A DNA stretch of 24,945 nucleotides from an uncultured Methanobrevibacter sp. (lineage in GTDB: Archaea; Methanobacteriota; Methanobacteria; Methanobacteriales; Methanobacteriaceae): the NCBI GenBank assembly GCA_902795935.1, contig CADBMS010000143.1, positions 1 to 24,945 of the forward strand, given 5' to 3'. The position numbers and the translations under genes are program-made. Each line of letters starts with the position of its first letter. The stretch's first letter is position 1. The notes beneath the pieces were generated by a model. It ran no database searches. It was given only the letters and a program-made list of their open reading frames with translations, and had not been told where the DNA came from. Below, in pieces: positions 20,477-24,945 of the stretch.

Positions 20477-20478
20477 TT

Positions 20479-21828
20479 TTGTCTGTAGAAGTAATTGCAG
20501 TTGGGGGGTATCAGGAAATAGGAAAAAATATGACTGCAGTTAAGGTAGGTGCTGATGTAGTTATATTTGATATGGGTTTGGATATTAATAAATTAAAATT
20601 ACGTGTTAATCAAGATATTTCAAGGTTACATAGTTTGGATTTAATAGAAGATGGAATAATTCCTGATGATACGTTAATGAGGGATGTTGATGGTAAAGTA
20701 AAAGCAATTGTATGTACTCATGGTCATTTAGATCATATTGGTGCTATATCTAAATTAGCACACAGATATGATGCTCCTATAATTGCAACTCAATATACTT
20801 TAAAACTCATTGAACAAATCATAAATGAAGAAAAGAAATTTAAAGTGAATAATTCATTACAACTTTTAAATCCTGGAGAAAAATATCAGATTTCGCCATA
20901 TTTGGTTTTAGAATTTATAAGGAGTACTCATAGTATTCCTCAATCGGTTATAGCTACATTACATACTCCTGAGGGGATTGTTATTTATGCTAATGATTTT
21001 AAATTTGATAATCATCAAAAAATATCTTCACCACCAGATTATAACAGATTTTTAGAATTGGGTCGTAAAGGTGTTCTAACTTTAATTACAGGTTCTATTA
21101 ATATTGATAATAAAAGTCAGGTTAAAAATTATTCTGAAATTGTTGCTAAAATGATTTTAGATGATATTTTGAAAAATTCTTTAAGGGATGAAATTGGTTT
21201 AATTGTGGCCACATTTGCATCTAATATTGAGAGAATTCAATCTATAGTGGATATTGCTCGTGATAGTGGGCGTAAAATATTTTTACTTGGTAAAAATATG
21301 GATAAATATTGTTCTTTGGCTGTAGATATGGATTTGTTAGATTTGCCTAAAAAATCTAAGATTTATGGTAATCCTAATGATGTGGATAAGGCACTTGCTA
21401 AAGTAGAATATAAAAGGGATAACTACTTAATAATTACTGATGGTCATCAAGGTGAACATACTAGTTTACTTCCACGTATAGCTAATGGGAAAACACCTTT
21501 TAATATTCAAAAGCATGATGTTGTTGTTTTATCTGCACCAGTTATTCCTACTCAAAATAATATTGCGAATCGTAATTTGATGGAACGTAGGTTATTAGGT
21601 TGTGGTGCTAGAATATATCCTAATGCTCATGTTTCAGGACATGCTTGTAGAGAGGATTATAGAGATTTTATTCAAATGTTAAATCCTGCACATATCATTC
21701 CTACTCAAGGTAATTTAAGGATGTTGTCTGCTTTTGCAGAATTAGCTGAGGAAGAAGGATATAAAATGGGTAAAGATGTTCATGTTTTAAGAAATGGTCA
21801 GGCTCAAGTATTTGACGGAGGGGTGTAA
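20479..21828 (+). CDS. rnj: RNase J family beta-CASP metallo-beta-lactamase (TTG start; several conserved motifs altered)
   Basis: GGYQEIGKNMTAV, FDMG, THGHLDHIG, THSIP, DFKFD, GHQGE and HVSGH motifs; fni-rnj-idsA order. Confidence 0.92.
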   Translation: MSVEVIAVGGYQEIGKNMTAVKVGADVVIFDMGLDINKLKLRVNQDISRLHSLDLIEDGIIPDDTLMRDVDGKVKAIVCTHGHLDHIGAISKLAHRYDAPIIATQYTLKLIEQIINEEKKFKVNNSLQLLNPGEKYQISPYLVLEFIRSTHSIPQSVIATLHTPEGIVIYANDFKFDNHQKISSPPDYNRFLELGRKGVLTLITGSINIDNKSQVKNYSEIVAKMILDDILKNSLRDEIGLIVATFASNIERIQSIVDIARDSGRKIFLLGKNMDKYCSLAVDMDLLDLPKKSKIYGNPNDVDKALAKVEYKRDNYLIITDGHQGEHTSLLPRIANGKTPFNIQKHDVVVLSAPVIPTQNNIANRNLMERRLLGCGARIYPNAHVSGHACREDYRDFIQMLNPAHIIPTQGNLRMLSAFAELAEEEGYKMGKDVHVLRNGQAQVFDGGV

Positions 21829-22818
21829 TTGAGTGAAGTAACTGAAATTTTAAAAAAATATTCTAAAAATATTGATAATGAAATTGAAAATTCGTTATCC
21901 GCTATTAGTCCTGAAGAATTATATAATGCATCTAATCATTTGTTTAATTCTGGTGGTAAGAAATTAAGGCCTGCTTTAACTATTTTAGCTTGTGATGCTG
22001 TTGGTGGTGTTTTTGAACAATCTTTTAAAACAGCTGCAGCTATTGAATTGATTCATACTTTTTCTTTGATTCATGATGATATTATGGATCAAGATGATAT
22101 TCGTAGAGGTAATCCGGCAGTTCATACGCTTTGGGGTGAACCTATGGCAATTCTTGCTGGAGATATTTTATTTTCTAAAGCATTTGAACTTGTTTTAGAG
22201 ACATCTGTAGATAGTAACTCTTATAAGAAACTTAGTGATGCTTTAGCTGTTGTTGCTGATGCTTGTGTTAAAATTTGTGAGGGTCAAGCAGAGGATATGA
22301 GTTTTGAAGGTAAGTTTGATGTTACTGAGGAACAATATATGGATATGATTTATAAGAAGACAGGTGCTTTAATTGCAGCTGCTACTAAATCAGGTGCTAT
22401 TATTGGTGGGGCTAGTGATGAAGTTATTTTGGCAATGGAGGAATATGGTAAATTAATTGGTTTAGCATTCCAAATTCAAGATGATTATCTTGATGTTATT
22501 AGTGATGAAGAATCTTTAGGTAAGCCTGTTGGTAGTGATATTGTTGGGGGTAAGATGACTTTGATGGTAGTTAAAACTTTAGCTGATGCACCTGATGAGG
22601 ATTGTGAAAGATTAATTTCACTTTTAAAAGAAAATAATCCTAACCATGTAGGTGATGTAATTAATTTATTCAATAAATATGATTCAATTAATTATGCTCA
22701 TAATGTTGCACAAGGAAATGTGAATAAGGCTAAACAACTACTTGAAATATTGGATGATTCTGAAGCTAAACGTGCATTAATGTTGATAGCAGATTTTGTT
22801 TTAGAAAGACAATCATAA
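21829..22818 (+). CDS. idsA: Short-chain isoprenyl diphosphate synthase (GGPP synthase IdsA; TTG start)
   Basis: [26 protein letters not shown] with F five residues upstream, CEGQ, KTG and [13 protein letters not shown]; starts directly after the rnj stop. Confidence 0.95.
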   Translation: MSEVTEILKKYSKNIDNEIENSLSAISPEELYNASNHLFNSGGKKLRPALTILACDAVGGVFEQSFKTAAAIELIHTFSLIHDDIMDQDDIRRGNPAVHTLWGEPMAILAGDILFSKAFELVLETSVDSNSYKKLSDALAVVADACVKICEGQAEDMSFEGKFDVTEEQYMDMIYKKTGALIAAATKSGAIIGGASDEVILAMEEYGKLIGLAFQIQDDYLDVISDEESLGKPVGSDIVGGKMTLMVVKTLADAPDEDCERLISLLKENNPNHVGDVINLFNKYDSINYAHNVAQGNVNKAKQLLEILDDSEAKRALMLIADFVLERQS

Positions 22819-22918
22819 AAAAAAATGATAATAATACAATCATTTGTTTTATTATTATTTTTAAAATCAAAAAAAGAAAATTAATTTCTAAATAAAATAT
22901 TAAATATAAGTGAATATT

Positions 22919-24592
22919 ATGGACGACTTAGAAAAAATAGTTTATAAACATGCTTTAATGAATGCTGTAAAACACAAAGGAAATGCAAATCCTGGTGCAG
23001 TAATGGGTTCAATAATGAGCCAAGAACCTGAATTAAGAAAAGATGCAAAAAAAATAGGTAAAATATCTGGTAAAATTGTTGCTAAAGTAAATAATTTAAG
23101 TTTAAAAGAACAACAAGAAGAAATAGATAATTTAGACATCAAATTAGAAACAAAAAAACAAAAAAAAGAAGAAGGATTAACACAACTTCCTGGAGCTCAT
23201 GAAAACATTGTAATGAGATTTGCACCAAACCCAAGTGGACCATTACACATAGGCCATGCAAGAGCAGCAGTACCCAATGCAGAATATGTTAAAAAATATG
23301 ATGGAAAACTCATTTTAAGAATAGAAGACACTGACCCTAAAAGGGTATTTCCAGATGCTTATGATATGATATTAGAAGATCTTCAATGGTTAGGCATCGA
23401 ACCAGATAACATTTATTACCAAAGTGATAGATTTGAAATTTATTATGAATATGCAGAAAAATTAATTAAATCAGGTGCTGCATACATGTGTACTTGTGAT
23501 AGTGTTGAGTTTAAAAAACTTAAAGATAACTGTAAACCATGTCCATGTAGAAACAACTCCACAGAAAAAAACATGAAATTATGGGAACAATTCCCTGAAA
23601 TGCAAGAAGGAAAAGCAGTACTAAGAATTAAAACAGATATTGAACATAAAAATCCTGCAATACGTGATTGGGTAGCAATGAGAATTGTAAACGAAGAACA
23701 CCCTAGAATAGGAACTAAATACAAAATATACCCAATGATGAATTTTTCAGTTGCTATTGATGATTATTTAATGGGAATGACACATGTATTAAGAGGAAAA
23801 GACCATTTAGCTAACACAGAAAAGCAAAAATATTTATACCAACACCTAAACTGGGAAATCCCGGAATTTATTCACTATGGCCGTTTAAAAATGGAAGATA
23901 TTGCATTAAGTACATCTAAAGCAATGGAAGGAATTAAAAATGGAGAATATATGGGATGGGATGATCCAAAATTAGGAACACTACGAGCAATAGCAAGAAG
24001 AGGGATTCAAAAAGAAACAATATACAATTTCATGATAGAAATTGGAGTAAAAATGTCAGATTCCTCCATAAGTTGGAAAAAAATATATGGATTAAATAGA
24101 AACATCCTAGAAGAAAAAGTAAACAGATACTTCTTTGTAGAAAACCCACAAAAAATAACAATTAACAACCTACCAGAATTTGATTGTAGAAATGTAATAA
24201 GGCCATTACACCCAGACTTTTTAGAAAGAGGAAACAGAACATTATCTTTTACTAATGAAGTTTATTTAGCTAATAATGACATAATAAATGGTAAAATCTT
24301 AAGATTAATGGATGCTGCAAATATATCAATCAATAATGATGTTGCAGAATACCACAGCACATCCTTTGAAGATGCACGCGAAATAAAAGCACAAATAGTT
24401 CAATGGGTGCCAATAGAAGATAATATTGAAGCAGAAGTAATTATGCCAGATTCATCCTCAGTATTTGGATACTGTGAACCAGAATGTAAAAACCTAAAAG
24501 TAAATGACATAGTTCAATTAGAACGATTTGGATTTGCAAGAGTAGATGAAGTAACTGATAATAAAATAAAATTCTATTTTGCACACAAATAG
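22919..24592 (+). CDS. gltX: Glutamyl-tRNA synthetase (archaeal type)
   Basis: RFAPNPSGPLHIGH, LRIEDTDP, P..NFSVAIDD, THVLRGKDH, LSTS, GWDDPKLGT and QLERFGF motifs. ATG 22919 preferred over GTG 22910. Confidence 0.97.
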   Translation: MDDLEKIVYKHALMNAVKHKGNANPGAVMGSIMSQEPELRKDAKKIGKISGKIVAKVNNLSLKEQQEEIDNLDIKLETKKQKKEEGLTQLPGAHENIVMRFAPNPSGPLHIGHARAAVPNAEYVKKYDGKLILRIEDTDPKRVFPDAYDMILEDLQWLGIEPDNIYYQSDRFEIYYEYAEKLIKSGAAYMCTCDSVEFKKLKDNCKPCPCRNNSTEKNMKLWEQFPEMQEGKAVLRIKTDIEHKNPAIRDWVAMRIVNEEHPRIGTKYKIYPMMNFSVAIDDYLMGMTHVLRGKDHLANTEKQKYLYQHLNWEIPEFIHYGRLKMEDIALSTSKAMEGIKNGEYMGWDDPKLGTLRAIARRGIQKETIYNFMIEIGVKMSDSSISWKKIYGLNRNILEEKVNRYFFVENPQKITINNLPEFDCRNVIRPLHPDFLERGNRTLSFTNEVYLANNDIINGKILRLMDAANISINNDVAEYHSTSFEDAREIKAQIVQWVPIEDNIEAEVIMPDSSSVFGYCEPECKNLKVNDIVQLERFGFARVDEVTDNKIKFYFAHK

Positions 24593-24780
24593 AATTTATA
24601 GGGTGCTAGATTTTTTTATATTTTTAATTCTTCAATTTGGACTTATTTTTATATTTTTGAGTTTTGTTTGTTATTATTTTATTGTGCTGTTGTTTTATTT
24701 TTTTGTTAAATTAAAAATGGGTTGTTTTGAATCGAATAATTTAAATATTGATAGTAACATATGGTTGTTTGGTGATAAAA

Positions 24781-24945
24781 ATGTTACTGGGGTTAAATTA
24801 TGATTCAAATGAGCCTAAACTTATTTTTATTGGGTAAAATATTTGAAATTATTGGTGCTAAAAATTTTAGAGGTGTGTGCAGTCGAAAATGGGATAAGAA
24901 ATTGTGAAGTGTTGATAAAATCTATAAAATTTGCTTTTTATGGTG
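24781..24945 (+). pseudogene. Probable frameshifted transposase N-terminus (IS5-like, Methanobacteriales type), runs off the window
   Basis: SD GGTGA at 24771-24775 then ATG 24781. Stitching three frames gives MLLGLNYDSNEPK / LFLLGKIFEIIGAKNFRGVCSR / NGIRNCEVLIKSIK, resembling from memory methanobacterial transposase N-termini. Not verified by search. Confidence 0.45.

Noticed and set aside
21603-21611. GGTGCTAGA inside rnj matching the putative IS end at 24602-24610
   Set aside because: A 9-nt match in the same orientation within coding sequence (G-A-R codons); expected by chance and not an inverted-repeat partner.
24579-24803. 74-aa hydrophobic + strand ORF that looks like a small membrane protein
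   Set aside because: It overlaps the gltX 3' end, has no SD, and its Phe/Leu/Ile content follows directly from the T-rich tract.

Overview
AT-rich housekeeping window from a Methanobacteriaceae-like archaeon (taxon inferred from gene order and protein style). All supported genes are on the + strand. It holds the distal spc-like ribosomal cluster (rps4e 3' part, rpl5, rps14, rps8, rpl6, rpl32e, rpl19e, rpl18, rps5, rpl30, rpl15, secY, adk, DUF106 insertase, rpl34e, cmk, rpl14e, cbf5) and tRNA-Ser(GGA). The alpha/S9-like cluster follows (rps13, rps4, rps11, rpoD, rpl18e, rpl13, rps9, rpoN, rpoK, eno, rps2), then the isoprenoid cluster (MEMO1-like, mvk, IP kinase, fni, RNase J, idsA), gltX, and at the right edge a probable frameshifted transposase remnant. 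The ORF track misses rps14, rpoN and the tRNA, and over-extends several starts. I found no convincing new multi-gene system, CRISPR array or accessory island. The best leads are small: an intact RNase J ORF with selectively eroded catalytic and RNA-binding motifs, two structured leaders with competing helices next to Shine-Dalgarno (SD) sites (before rpl19e and rps13), a possible AUA start for rpoK, two apparent losses from a conserved gene order, and a sharp codon/strand-composition switch at idsA/gltX. Family consensus and synteny statements are from recalled knowledge, not searches.
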